DNA of 64,000 nucleotides from the human T2T-CHM13v2.0 reference genome, Homo sapiens. The notes under the pieces were generated by a model that was not told the DNA's origin, made no database searches, and worked only from the letters and a program-made list of their open reading frames with translations. Position 1 is the stretch's first letter; each line of letters starts with the position of its first letter. The stretch lies in NCBI RefSeq assembly GCF_009914755.1, contig NC_060948.1; one strand, given 5' to 3'. The position numbers were made by a program, and so were the translations under genes. Shown piece after piece: positions 32,538-51,886 of the stretch.

Positions 32538-34667
32538 AGATCCATATTTTTTAAATGAAAAAAAATTTCAAAGGTACTCTGCTTGGTACAATAATCAAAT
32601 GTATAAACTGAGGAATAAAACATAACCATGAAACCTACTTATAACTGCATATGGAAAATACAGAGGATAATTTTTTAAATAACATATTTTGAAAGCCTTA
32701 ACTAGTAATTTGAAGAGTTGGCATTTGAAAGGCCAGTATGAATATACCTTCAAAGCAGCAACACAGGTTCCCCATGAGAAAAAGCAAACACAGGGAAAAT
32801 AAAAACACAAAGGTTCAATCTCTTCTGACCTTTGAAAGACACAGCACAGACAGTGGTCCTTAGGACGAAGAGCAGGAGAACCCTAATTCCGTCACCATGG
32901 CGATAGGGCATAAACATTGCTGGGTGAGGGCACAATCCACATTGTGAGGTCCAACTGCTGCCAGGAAGACAGGAGTGCTTTTACATAGACCGAAAGGTCA
33001 TTGAAGGCTCAGAGTTTTGTTTCAAGAACTGAATCCCAAGCCCACACGTTATTAGGCTGCGCTTCCTAAAACAAGTTATGAGATGGGAAAAAGGGCACCC
33101 ACAAACATACGTATACATTATGTATATAATAATATACAGTATCATATATATAATATATATAACCTATGTATAATATTGTTTTACATCCTGCATCTTATGT
33201 TATATATATTGTATAAAATATAATAATTGATAATATATAAGTTTTATAATTATACAATATGACATATAGTATATAGTATAATTTATGACATATATAATAT
33301 ATGTTATATATCATATATAGAATATATTATACGGTTAATATACGTATTAAATATAAATTATACATTATATATATTATATATAATATATCTGTTATATATA
33401 ATACCCATTATGCATAATATATATATTATGTCTATGTTATATATAGTATAAAACAACATCTAATAATATATAATTGTATATATAAAATGCGACATATAAT
33501 ATATATTATATTTTATGACATATGTAATATATATTATATATTATATATAATACGTTGTATGTATAATACCTATATTAAATATATATTATATGACTATGTT
33601 ATTAATTACATGTCACATGTGTTATATATTATATATTTTACATAGAATATACCGGTTACATACAATATATACTATGTTACCTATAATGTATAATTTATTA
33701 CATGTAAAATAAAGAATGCAATATATTATGTATAATTTATAATATACAATATGTGGAATGTGATATACATAACATATAATATATGATATATGATATACAG
33801 TATATGATATATAACATACAATATATGATACCTACTATATATGGTATACAATATATATTTTATGATATGTATTCTATATGTTATATATTCTGTTATATAT
33901 AACTGTTTGAAATTATATATAACTGTATAATATTTTATGTAAATATGTAATATAATATATATAACTATATAATATATTATATATAACTATATATTATGTT
34001 ATATATACTTTTATATCATAATTTACATAAAATGTCATAATATAATATATAATATATTATTTCATATTACATAATATATATTACATATCACCCAATATAA
34101 TTAACATACATAATATTATAATATAGATTATATTATGTTATATTAAATATCATATATATCATGTATCATATATTCTATAATATATATTATACATTATATA
34201 ATATGTATGTTGTCTATTATGTGATATATATAACTATATATATATAATTATATTATTATACATATAACTAGATAAACATGTAATTCGATATATTTTCATT
34301 TATAATATATAGAATTATATAATCATATATAATTATTTATATTCTATAAAAAATTATATCATTATATAAATTATAATATATAAAAATTATAACATGTACT
34401 ACAAATATATATATTATATATCATATATGATATAGCACCTTTGTTATATATCATAATACATACAAATGTGTATTATGTTATCTATAATTTTAAAATTCTA
34501 TATATAAGATGTATAATATGTATTATATATTATATATGTTATGTAATATATATAGTATATATAAGATGACACAGGATAAATATTATATACTATGACATAT
34601 AAAATATATGAGGTTATATGTTACGTATAAGGCATAGCACATAACACGTAATATATATCATATATAA

Positions 34668-34959
<292 letters not shown>

Positions 34960-37087
34960 AGATCCATATTTTTTAAAAGAAAAAAAATTTCAAAGGTACT
35001 CTGCTTGGTACAATAATCAAATGTATAAACTGAGGAATAAAACATAACCATGAAACCTACTTATAACTGTATACGGAAAATACAGAGGATAATTTTTTAA
35101 ATAACATATTTTGAAAGCCTTAACTAGTAATTTGAAGAGTTGGCATTTGAAAGGCCAGTTTGAATATACCTTCAAAGCATCAACACAGGTTCCCCATGAG
35201 AAAAAGCAAACTCAGGGAAAATAAAACCACAAAGGTTCAATCTCTTCTGACCTTTGAAAGACACAGCACAGACAGTGGTCCTTAGGACGAAGAGCAGGAG
35301 ACCCCTAATTCCGTCACCATGGCGATAGGGCATAAACATTGCTGGGTGAGGGCACAATCCACATTGTGAGGTCCAACTGCTGCCAGGAAGACAGGAGTGC
35401 TTTTACATAGACCGAAAGGTCATTGAAGGCTCAGAGTTTTGTTTCAAGAACTGAATCCCAAGCCCACACGTTATTAGGCTGCGCTTCTTAAAACAAGTTA
35501 TGAGATGGGAAAAAGGGCACCCACAAACATTCGTATACATTATTTATATAATAATATACAGTATCATATATATAATATATATAACCTATGTATAATATTG
35601 TTTTACATCCTGCATCTTATAATATATATATTGTATAAAATATAATAATTGATAATATATAAGTTTTATATTTATACAATATGACATATAGTATATATTA
35701 TAATTTATGACATATATAATATATGTTATATATCATATATAGAATATATTATACGGTTAATATACGTATTAAATATAAATTATACATTGTATATATTATA
35801 TATTATATATCTGTTATATATAATACCCATTATGCATAATATATATGTTATGTCTATGTTATATATAGTATAAAACAACATATAATAATATATAATTGTA
35901 TATATAAAATGCGACATATAATATATATTATATTTTGTGACATATGTAATATATATTATATAGTATATATAATACGTTGTATGTATAATACCTATATTAA
36001 ATATATATTATATGACTATGTTATTAATTACATGTCACATATGTTATATATTATATATTTTACATAGAATATACCGGTTACATACAATATATACTATGTT
36101 ACCTATAATGTATAATTGATTACATGTAAAATAAAGAATGCAATATATTATGTATAATTTATAATATACAATATGTGGAATGTGATATATATAACATATA
36201 ATGTATGATATAAGATATACAGTATATGATATATAACATACAATATATGATACCTAATATATATGGTATACAATATATATTTTATGATATGTATTCTATA
36301 TGTTTTATATTCTGTTATATATAACTATTTGAAATTATATATAACTGTATAATGTTTTATGTAAATATGTAATATAATATTTATAACCATATAATATATT
36401 ATATATAACTATATATTATGTTATATATACTTTTATAACATAATTTACATAAAATATCATAATATAATATATATTATATTATTTCATATTACATAATATA
36501 TATTACATATCACCCAATATAATTAACATACATAATATTATAATATAGATTATATTATGTTATATTAAATATCATATATATCATGTATCATATATTCTAT
36601 AATATATATTATACATTATATAATATGTATGTTGTCTATTATGTGATATATATAACTATATATATAATTATATTATTATACATATAACTAGATAAACATG
36701 TAATTCGACATATTTTCATTTATAATATATAGAATTATATAATCATATATAATTATTTATATTCTATAAAAAATTATATCATTATATAAATTATAATATA
36801 TAAAAATTATAACATGTACTACAAATATATATATTATATATTATATATGATATAGCACCTTTGTTATATATCATAATACATACAAATGTGTATTATGTTA
36901 TCTATAATTGTAAAATTTCATATATAAGATGTATAATGTGTATTATATATTATATATTTTATGTAATATATGTAGTATATATAAGATGACACAGGATAAA
37001 TATTATATACTATGACATATAAAATATATGAGGTTATATGTTACGTATAAGGCATAGCACATAACACGTAATATATATCATATATAA

Positions 37088-37379
<292 letters not shown>

Positions 37380-39507
37380 AGATCCATATTTTTTAAAAGA
37401 AAAAAAATTTCAAAGGTACTCTGCTTGGTACAATAATCAAATGTATAAACTGAGGAATAAAACATAACCATGAAACCTACTTATAACTGTATACGGAAAA
37501 TACAGAGGATAATTTTTTAAATAACATATTTTGAAAGCCTTAACTAGTAATTTGAAGAGTTGGCATTTGAAAGGCCAGTATGAATATACCTTCAAAGCAG
37601 CAACACAGGTTCCCCATGAGAAAAAGCAAACTCAGGGAAAATAAAACCACAAAGGTTCAATCTCTTCTGACCTTTGAAAGACACAGCACAGACAGTGGTC
37701 CTTAGGACGAAGAGCAGGAGACCCCTAATTCCGTCACCATGGCGATAGGGCATAAACATTGCTGGGTGAGGGCACAATCCACATTGTGAGGTCCAACTGC
37801 TGCCAGGAAGACAGGAGTGCTTTTACATAGACCGAAAGGTCATTGAAGGCTCAGAGTTTTGTTTCAAGAACTGAATCCCAAGCCCACACGTTATTAGGCT
37901 GCGCTTCTTAAAACAAGTTATGAGATGGGAAAAAGGGCACCCACAAACATACGTATACATTATGTATATAATAATATACAGTATCATATATATAATATAT
38001 ATAACCTATGTATAATATTGTTTTACATCCTGCATCTTATAATATATATATTGTATAAAATATAATAATTGATAATATATAAGTTTTATATTTATACAAT
38101 ATGACATATAGTATATATTATAATTTATGACATATATAATATATGTTATATATCATATATAGAATATATTATACGGTTAATATACGTATTAAATATAAAT
38201 TATACTTTATATATATTATATATAATATATCTGTTATATAAAATACCCATTATGCATAATATATATGTTATGTCTATGTTATATATAGTATAAAACAACA
38301 TATAATAATATATAATTGTATATATAAAATGCGACATATAATATATATTATATTTTGTGACATATGTAATATATATTATATATAATATATAATACGTTGT
38401 ATGTATAATACCTATATTAAATATATATTATATGACTATGTTATTAATTACATGTCACATATGTTATATATTATATATTTTACATAGAATATACCGGTTA
38501 CATACAATATATACTATGTTACCTATAATGTATAATTTATTACATGTAAAATAAAGAATGCAATATATTATGTATAATTTATAATATACAATATGTGGAA
38601 TGTGATATATATAACACATAATATATGATATAAGATATACAGTATATGATATATAACATACAATATATGATACCTAATATATATGGTATACAATATATAT
38701 TTTATGATATGTATTCTATATGTTTTATATTCTGTTATATATAACTATTTGAAATTATATATAACTGTATAATATTTTATGTAAATATGTAATATAATAT
38801 ATATAACCATATAATATATTATATATAACTATATATTATGTTATATATACTTTTATAACATAATTTACATAAAATATCATAATATAATATATATTATATT
38901 ATTTCATATTACATAATATATATTACATATCACCCAATATAATTAACATACATAATATTATAATATAGATTATATTATGTTATATTAAATATCATATATA
39001 TCATGTATCATATATTCTATAATATATATTATACATTATATAATATGTATGTTGTCTATTATGTGATATATATAACTATATATATAATTATATTATTATA
39101 CATATAACTAGATAAACATGTAATTTGACATATTTTCATTTATAATATATAGAATTATATAATCATATATAATTATTTATATTCTATAAAAAATTATATC
39201 ATTATATAAATTATAATATATAAAAATTATAACATGTACTACAAATATATATATTATATATCATATATGATATAGCACCTTTGTTATATATCATAATACA
39301 TACAAATGTGTATTATGTTATCTATAATTGTAAAATTTCATATATAAGATGTATAATGTGTATTATATATTATATATGTTATGTAATATATGTAGTATAT
39401 ATAAGATGACACAGGATAAATATTATATACTATGACATATAAAATATATGAGGTTATATGTTACGTATAAGGCATAGCACATAACACGTAATATATATCA
39501 TATATAA

Positions 39508-39799
<292 letters not shown>

Positions 39800-41911
39800 A
39801 GATCCATATTTTTTAAAAGAAAAAAAATTTCAAAGGTACTCTGCTTGGTACAATAATCAAATGTATAAACTGAGGAATAAAACATAACCATGAAACCTAC
39901 TTATAACTGTATACGGAAAATACAGAGGATAATTTTTTAAATAACATATTTTGAAAGCCTTAACTAGTAATTTGAAGAGTTGGCATTTGAAAGGCCAGTA
40001 TGAATATACCTTCAAAGCAGCAACACAGGTTCCCCATGAGAAAAAGCAAACTCAGGGAAAATAAAACCACAAAGGTTCCATCTCTTCTGACCTTTGAAAG
40101 ACACAGCACAGACAGTGGTCCTTAGGACGAAGAGCAGGAGACCCCTAATTCCGTCACCATGGCGATAGGGCATAAACATTGCTGGGTGAGGGCACAATCC
40201 ACATTGTGAGGTCCAACTGCTGCCAGGAAGACAGGAGTGCTTTTACATAGACCGAAAGGTCATTGAAGGCTCAGAGTTTTGTTTCAAGAACTGAATCCCA
40301 AGCCCACACGTTATTAGGCTGCGCTTCTTAAAACAAGTTATGAGATGGGAAAAAGGGCACCCACAAACATACGTATACATTATGTATATAATAATATACA
40401 GTATCATATATATAATATATATAACCTATGTATAATATTGTTTTACATCCTGCATCTTATAATATATATATTGTATAAAATATAATAATTGATAATATAT
40501 AAGTTTTATATTTATACAATATGACATATAGTATATATTATAATTTATGACATATATAATATATGTTATATATCATATATAGAATATATTATACGGTTAA
40601 TATACGTATTAAATATAAATTATACTTTATATATATTATATATAATATATCTGTTATATAAAATACCCATTATGCATAATATATATGTTATGTCTATGTT
40701 ATATATAGTATAAAACAACATATAATAATATATAATTGTATACATAAAATGCGACATATAATATATATTATATTTTGTGACATATGTAATATATATTATA
40801 TATTATATATAATACGTTGTATGTATAATACCTATATTAAATATATATTATATGACTATGTTATTAATTACATGTCACATATGTTATATATTATATATTT
40901 TACATAGAATATACCGGTTACATACAATATATACTATGTTACCTATAATGTATAATTTATTACATGTAAAATAAAGAATGCAATATATTATGTATAATTT
41001 ATAATATACAATATGTGGAATGTGATATATATAACACATAATATATGATATAAGATATACAGTATATGATATATAACATACAATATATGATACCTAATAT
41101 ATATGGTATACAATATATATTTTATGATATGTATTCTATATGTTTTATATTCTGTTATATATAACTATTTGAAATTATATATAACTGTATAATATTTTAT
41201 GTAAATATGTAATATAATATATATAACCATATAATATATTATATATAACTATATATTATGTTATATATACTTTTATAACATAATTTACATAAAATATCAT
41301 AATATAATATATATTATATTATTTCATATTACATAATATATATTACATATCACCCAATATAATTAACATACATAATATTATAATATAGATTATATTATGT
41401 TATATTAAATATCATATATATCATGTATCATATATTCTATAATATATATTATACATTATATAATATGTATGTTGTCTATTATGTGATATATATAACTATA
41501 TATATAATTATATTATTATACATATAACTAGATAAACATGTAATTCTACATATTTTCATTTATAATATATAGAATTATATAATCATATATAATTATTTAT
41601 ATTCTATAAAAAATTATATCATTATATAATTTATAATATATAAAAATTATAACATGTACTACAAATATATATATTATATATCATATATGATATAGCACCT
41701 TTGTTATATATCATAATACATATAAATGTGTATTATGTTATCTATAATTATAAAATTTCATATATAAGATGTATAATGTGTATTATATATTATATATGTT
41801 ATGTAATATATGTAGTATATATAAGATGACACAGGATAAATATTATATACTATGACATATAAAATATATGAGGTTATGTGTTACATATAAGGCATAGCAC
41901 ATAACACGTAA

Positions 41912-42218
<307 letters not shown>

Positions 42219-44330
42219 AGATCCATATTTTTTAAAAGAAAAAAAATTTCAAAGGTACTCTGCTTGGTACAATAATCAAATGTATAAACTGAGGAATAAA
42301 ACATAACCATGAAACCTACTTATAACTGTATACGGAAAATACAGAGGATAATTTTTTAAATAACATATTTTGAAAGCCTTAACTAGTAATTTGAAGAGTT
42401 GGCATTTGAAAGGCCAGTATGAATATACCTTCAAAGCAGCAACACAGGTTCCCCATGAGAAAAAGCAAACTCAGGGAAAATAAAACCACAAAGGTTCCAT
42501 CTCTTCTGACCTTTGAAAGACACAGCACAGACAGTGGTCCTTAGGACGAAGAGCAGGAGACCCCTAATTCCGTCACCATGGCGATAGGGCATAAACATTG
42601 CTGGGTGAGGGCACAATCCACATTGTGAGGTCCAACTGCTGCCAGGAAGACAGGAGTGCTTTTACATAGACCGAAAGGTCATTGAAGGCTCAGAGTTTTG
42701 TTTCAAGAACTGAATCCCAAGCCCACACGTTATTAGGCTGCGCTTCTTAAAACAAGTTATGAGATGGGAAAAAGGGCACCCACAAACATACGTATACATT
42801 ATGTATATAATAATATACAGTATCATATATATAATATATATAACCTATGTATAATATTGTTTTACATCCAGCATCTTATAATATATATATTGTATAAAAT
42901 ATAATAATTGATAATATATAAGTTTTATATTTATACAATATGACATATAGTATATATTATAATTTATGACACATATAATATATGTTATATATCATATATA
43001 GAATATATTATACGGTTAATATACGTATTAAATATAAATTATACTTTATATATATTATATATTATATATCTGTTATATATAATACCCATTATGCATAATA
43101 TATATGTTATGTCTATGTTATATATAGTATAAAACAACATATAATAATATATAATTGTATATATAAAATGCAACATATAATATATATTATATTTTGTGAC
43201 TTATGTAATATATATTATATATTATATATAATACGTTGTATGTATAATACCTATATTAAATATATATTATATGACTATGTTATTAATTACATGTCACATA
43301 TGTTATATATTATATATTTTACATAGAATATACCGGTTACATACAATATATACTATGTTACCTATAATGTATAATTTATTACATGTAAAATAAAGAATGC
43401 AATATATTATGTATAATTTATAATATACAATATGTGGAATGTGATATATATAACATATAATGTATGATATAAGATATACAGTATATGATATATAACATAC
43501 AATATATGATACCTAATATATATGGTATACAATATATATTTTATGATATGTATTCTATATGTTTTATATTCTGTTATATATAACTATTTGAAATTATATA
43601 TAACTTTATAATATTTTATGTAAATATGTAATATAATATATATAACCATATAATATATTATATATAACTATATATTATGTTATATATACTTTTATAACAT
43701 AATTTACATAAAATATCATAATATAATATATATTATATTATTTCATATTACATAATATATATTACATATCACCCAATATAATTAACATACATAATATTAT
43801 AATATAGATTATATTATGTTATATTAAATATCATATATATCATGTATCATATATTCTATAATATATATTATACATTATATAATATGTATGTTGTCTATTA
43901 TGTGATATATATAACTATATATATAATTATATTATTATACATATAACTAGATAAACATGTAATTCTATATATTTTCATTTATAATATATAGAATTATATA
44001 ATCATATATAATTATTTATATTCTATAAAAAATTATATCATTATATAAATTATAATATATAAAAATTATAACATGTACTACAAATATATATATTATATAT
44101 CATATATGATATAGCACCTTTGTTATATATCATAATACATATAAATGTGTATTATGTTATCTATAATTGTAAAATTTCATATATAAGATGTATAATGTGT
44201 ATTATATATTATATATGTTATGTAATATATGTAGTATATATAAGATGACACAGGATAAATATTATATACTATGACATATAAAATATATGAGGTTATGTGT
44301 TACATATAAGGCATAGCACATAACACGTAA

Positions 44331-44637
<307 letters not shown>

Positions 44638-46744
44638 AGATCCATATTTTTTAAAAGAAAAAAAATTTCAAAGGTACTCTGCTTGGTACAATAATCAAAT
44701 GTATAAACTGAGGAATAAAACATAACCATGAAACCTACTTATAACTCTATACGGAAAATACAGAGGATAATTTTTTAAATAACATATTTTGAAAGCCTTA
44801 ACTAGTAATTTGAAGAGTTGGCATTTGAAAGGCCAGTATGAATATACCTTCAAAGCAGCAACACAGGTTCCCCATGAGAAAAAGCAAACTCAGGGAAAAT
44901 AAAACCACAAAGGTTCCATCTCTTCTGACCTTTGAAAGACACAGCACAGACAGTGGTCCTTAGGACGAAGAGCAGGAGACCCCTAATTCCGTCACCATGG
45001 CGATAGGGCATAAACATTGCTGGGTGAGGGCACAATCCACATTGTGAGGTCCAACTGCTGCCAGGAAGACAGGAGTGCTTTTACATAGACCGAAAGGTCA
45101 TTGAAGGCTCAGAGTTTTGTTTCAAGAACTGAATCCCAAGCCCACACTTTATTAGGCTGCGCTTCTTAAAACAAGTTATGAGATGGGAAAAAGGGCACCC
45201 ACAAACATACGTATACATTATGTATATAATAATATACAGTATCATATATATAATATATATAACCTATGTATAATATTGTTTTACATCCTGCATCTTATAA
45301 TATATATATTGTATAAAATATAATAATTGATAATATATAAGTTTTATATTTATACAATATGACATATAGTATATATTATAATTTATGACATATATAATAT
45401 ATGTTATATATCATATATAGAATATATTATACGGTTAATATACGTATTAAATATAAATTATACTTTATATATATTATATATAATATATCTGTTATATAAA
45501 ATACCCATTATGCATAATATATATGTTATGTCTATGTTATATATAGTATAAAACAACATATAATAATATATAATTGTATATATAAAATGTGACATATAAT
45601 ATATATTATATTTTGTGACACATGTAATATATATTATATATTATATATAATACGTTGTATGTATAATACCTATATTAAATATATATTATATGACTATGTT
45701 ATTAATTACATGTCACATATGTTATATATTATATATTTTACATAGAATATACCGGTTACATACAATATATACTATGTTACCTATAATGTATAATTTATTA
45801 CATGTAAAATAAAGAATGCAGTATATTATGTATAATTTATAATATACAATATGTGGAATGTGATATATATAACATATAATGTATGATATAAGATATACAG
45901 TATATGATATATAACATACAATATATGATACCTAATATATATGGTATACAATATATATTTTATGATATGTATTCTATATGTTTTATATTCTGTTATATAT
46001 AACTATTTGAAATTATATATAACTGTATAATATTTTATGTAAATATGTAATATAATATATATAACCATATAATATATTATATATAACTATATATTATGTT
46101 ATATATACTTTTATAACCTAATTTACATAAAATATCATAATATAATATATATTATATTATTTCATATTACATAATATATATTACATATCACCCAATATAA
46201 TTAACATACATATTATAATATAGATTATATTATGTTATATTAAATATCATATATATCATGTATCATATATTCTATAATATATATTATACATTATATAATA
46301 TGTATGTTGTCTATTATGTGATATATATAACTATATATAATTATATTATTATACATATAACTAGATAAACATGTAATTCTACATATTTTCATTTATAATA
46401 TATAGAATTATATAATCATATATAATTATTTATATTCTATAAAAAATTATATCATTATATAAATTATAATATATAAAAATTATAACATGTACTACAAATA
46501 TATATATTATATATCATATATGATATAGCACCTTTGTTTTATATCATAATACATATAAATGTGTATTATGTTATCTATAATTATAAAATTTCATATATAA
46601 GATGTATAATGTGTATTATATATTATATATGTTATGTAATATATGTAGTATATATAAGATGACACAGGATAAATATTATATACTATGACATATAAAATAT
46701 ATGAGGTTATATGTTACATATAAGGCATAGCACATAACACGTAA

Positions 46745-47051
<307 letters not shown>

Positions 47052-49179
47052 AGATCCATATTTTTTAAAAGAAAAAAAATTTCAAAGGTACTCTGCTAGG
47101 TACAATAATCAAATGTATAAACTGAGGAATAAAACATAACCATGAAACCTACTTATAACTGTATACGGAAAATACAGAGGATAATTTTTTAAATAACATA
47201 TTTTGAAAGCCTTAACTAGTAATTTGAAGAGTTGGCATTTGAAAGGCCAGTATGAATATACCTTCAAAGCAGCAACACAGGTTCCCCATGAGAAAAAGCA
47301 AACTCAGGGAAAATAAAACCACAAAGGTTCCATCTCTTCTGACCTTTGAAAGACACAGCACAGACAGTGGTCCTTAGGATGAAGAGCAGGAGACCCCTAA
47401 TTCCGTCACCATGGCGATAGGGCATAAACATTGCTGGGTGAGGGCACAATCCACATTGTGAGGTCCAACTGCTGCCAGGAAGACAGGAGTGCTTTTACAT
47501 AGACCGAAAGGTCATTGAAGGCACAGAGTTTTGTTTCAAGAACTGAATCCCAAGCCCACACGTTATTAAGCTGCGCTTCTTAAAACAAGTTATGAGATGG
47601 GAAAAAGGGCACCCACAAACATACGTATACATTATGTATATAATAATATACAGTATCATATATATAATATATATAACCTATGTATAATATTGTTTTACAT
47701 CCTGCATCTTATAATATATATATTGTATAAAATATAATAATTGATAATATATAAGTTTTATATTTATACAATATGACATATAGTATATATTATAATTTAT
47801 GACATATATAATATATGTTATATATCATATATAGAATATATTATACGGTTAATATACGTATTAAATATAAATTATACTTTATATATATTATATATTATAT
47901 ATCTGTTATATATAATACCCATTATGCATAATATATATGTTATGTCTATGTTATATATAGTATAAAACAACATATAATAATATATAATTGTATATATAAA
48001 ATGCGACATATAATATATATTATATTTTGTGACATATGTAATATATATTATATATTATATATAATACGTTGTATGTATAATACCTATATTAAATATATAT
48101 TATATGACTATGTTATTAATTACATGTCACATATGTTATATATTATATATTTTACATAGAATATACCGGTTACATACAATATATACTATGTTACCTATAA
48201 TGTATAATTTATTACATGTAAAATAAAGAATGCAATATATTATGTATAATTTATAATATACAATATGTGGAATGTGATATATATAACATATAATGTATGA
48301 TATAAGATATACAGTATATGATATATAACATACAATATATGATACCTAATATATATGGTATACAATATATATTTTATGATATGTATTCTATATGTTTTAT
48401 ATTCTGTTATATATAACTATTTGAAATTATATATAACTGTATAATATTTTATGTAAATATGTAATATAATATATATAACCATATAATATATTATATATAA
48501 CTATATATTATGTTATATATACTTTTATAACATAATTTACATAAAATATCATAATATAATATATATTATATTATTTCATATTACATAATATATATTACAT
48601 ATCACCCAATATAATTAACATACATAATATTATAATATAGATTATATTATGTTATATTAAATATCATATATATCATGTATCATATATTCTATAATATATA
48701 TAATACATTATATAATATGTATGTTGTCTATTATGTGATATATATAACTATATATATAATTATATTATTATACATATAACTAGATAAACATGTAATTCTA
48801 CATATTTTCATTTACAATATATAGAATTATATAATCATATATAATTATTTATATTCTATAAAAAATTATATCATTATATAAATTATAATATATAAAAATT
48901 ATAACATGTACTACAAATATATATATTATATATCATATATGATATAGCACCTTTGTTATATATCATAATACATATAAATGTGTATTATGTTATCTATAAT
49001 TATAAAATTTCATATATAAGATGTATAATGTGTATTATATATTATATATGTTATGTAATATATGTAGTATATATAAGATGACACAGGATAAATATTATAT
49101 ACTATGACATATAAAATATATGAGGTTATATGTTACATATAAGGCATAGCACATAACACGTAATATATATCATATATAA

Positions 49180-49470
49180 TTTTTTTTAGACAGAGTCTTG
49201 TCCTGTTGCACATGGTGGAGTACAATGACGCCATCTTTGCTCACTGCAACATCTGCATCACGGGTCCAAGCGATTGTCCTCCCTCAGCCTCCCAGGTAGC
49301 TGGGACTACACCACACTGGGTCTACACCAGCTGCCACCATACCAAGCTAATTTTTTGGGATTTTATTAATGACAGCGTTTCACTGTATTGGCCAGGATGG
49401 TCTTGATCTCTTCACCTTGTGATCCCCTTGCCTTGGCCTCCAAATTTGCTGGGATTACAGGCCTGAGCCA
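49180..49470 (-). mobile_element. Alu copy 21 (middle-block subtype)
   Basis: As copy 18. Confidence 0.93.
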
Positions 49471-51575
49471 AGATCCATATTTTTTAAAAGAAAAAAAATT
49501 TCAAAGGTACTCTGCTTGGTACAATAATCAAATGTATAAACTGAGGAATAAAACATAACCATGAAACCTACTTATAACTGTATACGGAAAATACAGAGGA
49601 TAATTTTTTAAATAACATATTTTGAAAGCCTTAACTAGTAATTTGAAGAGTTGGCATTTGAAAGGCCAGTATGAATATACCTTCAAAGCAGCAACACAGG
49701 TTCCCCATGAGAAAAAGCAAACTCAGGGAAAATAAAACCACAAAGGTTCAATCTCTTCTGACCTTTGAAAGACACAGCACAGACAGTGGTCCTTAGGACG
49801 AAGAGCAGGAGACCCCTAATTCCGTCACCATGGCGATAGGGCATAAACATTGCTGGGTGAGGGCACAATCCACATTGTGAGGTCCAACTGCTGCCAGGAA
49901 GACAGGAGTGCTTTTACATAGACCGAAAGGTCATTGAAGGCTCAGAGTTTTGTTTCAAGAACTGAATCCCAAGCCCACACGTTATTAGGCTGCGCTTCTT
50001 AAAACAAGTTATGAGATGGGAAAAAGGGCACCCACAAACATACGTATACATTATGTATATAATAATATACAGTATCATATATATAATATATATAACCTAT
50101 GTATAATATTGTTTTACATCCTGCATCTTATAATATATATATTGTATAAAATATAATAATTGATAATATATAAGTTTTATATTTATACAATATGACATAT
50201 AGTATATATTATAATTTATGACATATATAATATATGTTATATATCATATATAGAATATATTATACGGTTAATATACGTATTAAATATAAATTATACTTTA
50301 TATATATTATATATAATATATCTGTTATATATAATACCCATTATGCATAATATATATATTATGTCTATGTTATATATAGTATAAAACAACATATAATAAT
50401 ATATAATTGTATGTATAAAATGCGACATATAATATATATTATATTTTATGACATATGTAATATATATTATATATTATATATAATACGTTGTATGTATAAT
50501 ACCTATATTAAATATATATTATATGACTATGTTATTAATTACATGTCACATATGTTATATATTATATATTTTACATAGAATATACCGGTTACATACAATA
50601 TATACTATGTTACCTATAATGTATAATTTATTACATGTAAAATAAAGAATGCAATATATTATGTATAATTTATAATATACAATATGTGGAACGTGATATA
50701 TATAACATATAATATATGATATATGATATACAGTATATGATATATAACATACAATATATGATACCTAATATATATGGTATACAATATATATTTTATGATA
50801 TGTATTCTCTATGTTTTATATTCTGTTATATATAACTATTTGAAATTATATATAACTGTATAATATTTTATGTAAATATGTAATATAATATATATAACTA
50901 TATAATATATTATATATAACTATATATTATGTTATATATACTTTTATAACATAATTTACATAAAATATCATAATATAATATATATTATATTATTTCATAT
51001 TACATAATATATATTACATATCACCCAACATAAGTAACATACATAATATTATAATATAGATTATATTATGTTATATTAAATATCATATATATCATGTATC
51101 ATATATTCTATAATATATATTACACATTATATAATATGTATGTTGTCTATTATGTGATATATATAACTATATATATAATTATATTATTATACATATAATT
51201 AGATAAACATGTAATTCTACTTATTTTCATTTATAATAAATAGAATTATATAATCATATATAATTATTTATATTCTATAAAAAATTAAATCATTATATAA
51301 ATTATAATATATAAAAATTATAATATGTACTACAAATATATATATTATATATCATATATGATATAGTACCTTTGTTATATATCATAATACATATAAATGT
51401 GTATTATGTTATCTATAATTATATAATTTCATATATAAGATGTATAATATGTATCATATATTATATATGTTATGTAATATATATAGTATATATAAGATGA
51501 CACAGGATAAATATTATATACTATGACATATAAAATATATGAGGTTATATGTTACATATAAGGCATAGCACATAA

Positions 51576-51886
<311 letters not shown>

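Noticed and set aside
49206-49406. 66-aa ORF with [11 protein letters not shown] (also 63713-63913)
   Set aside because: Typical antisense-Alu translation, not a gene.
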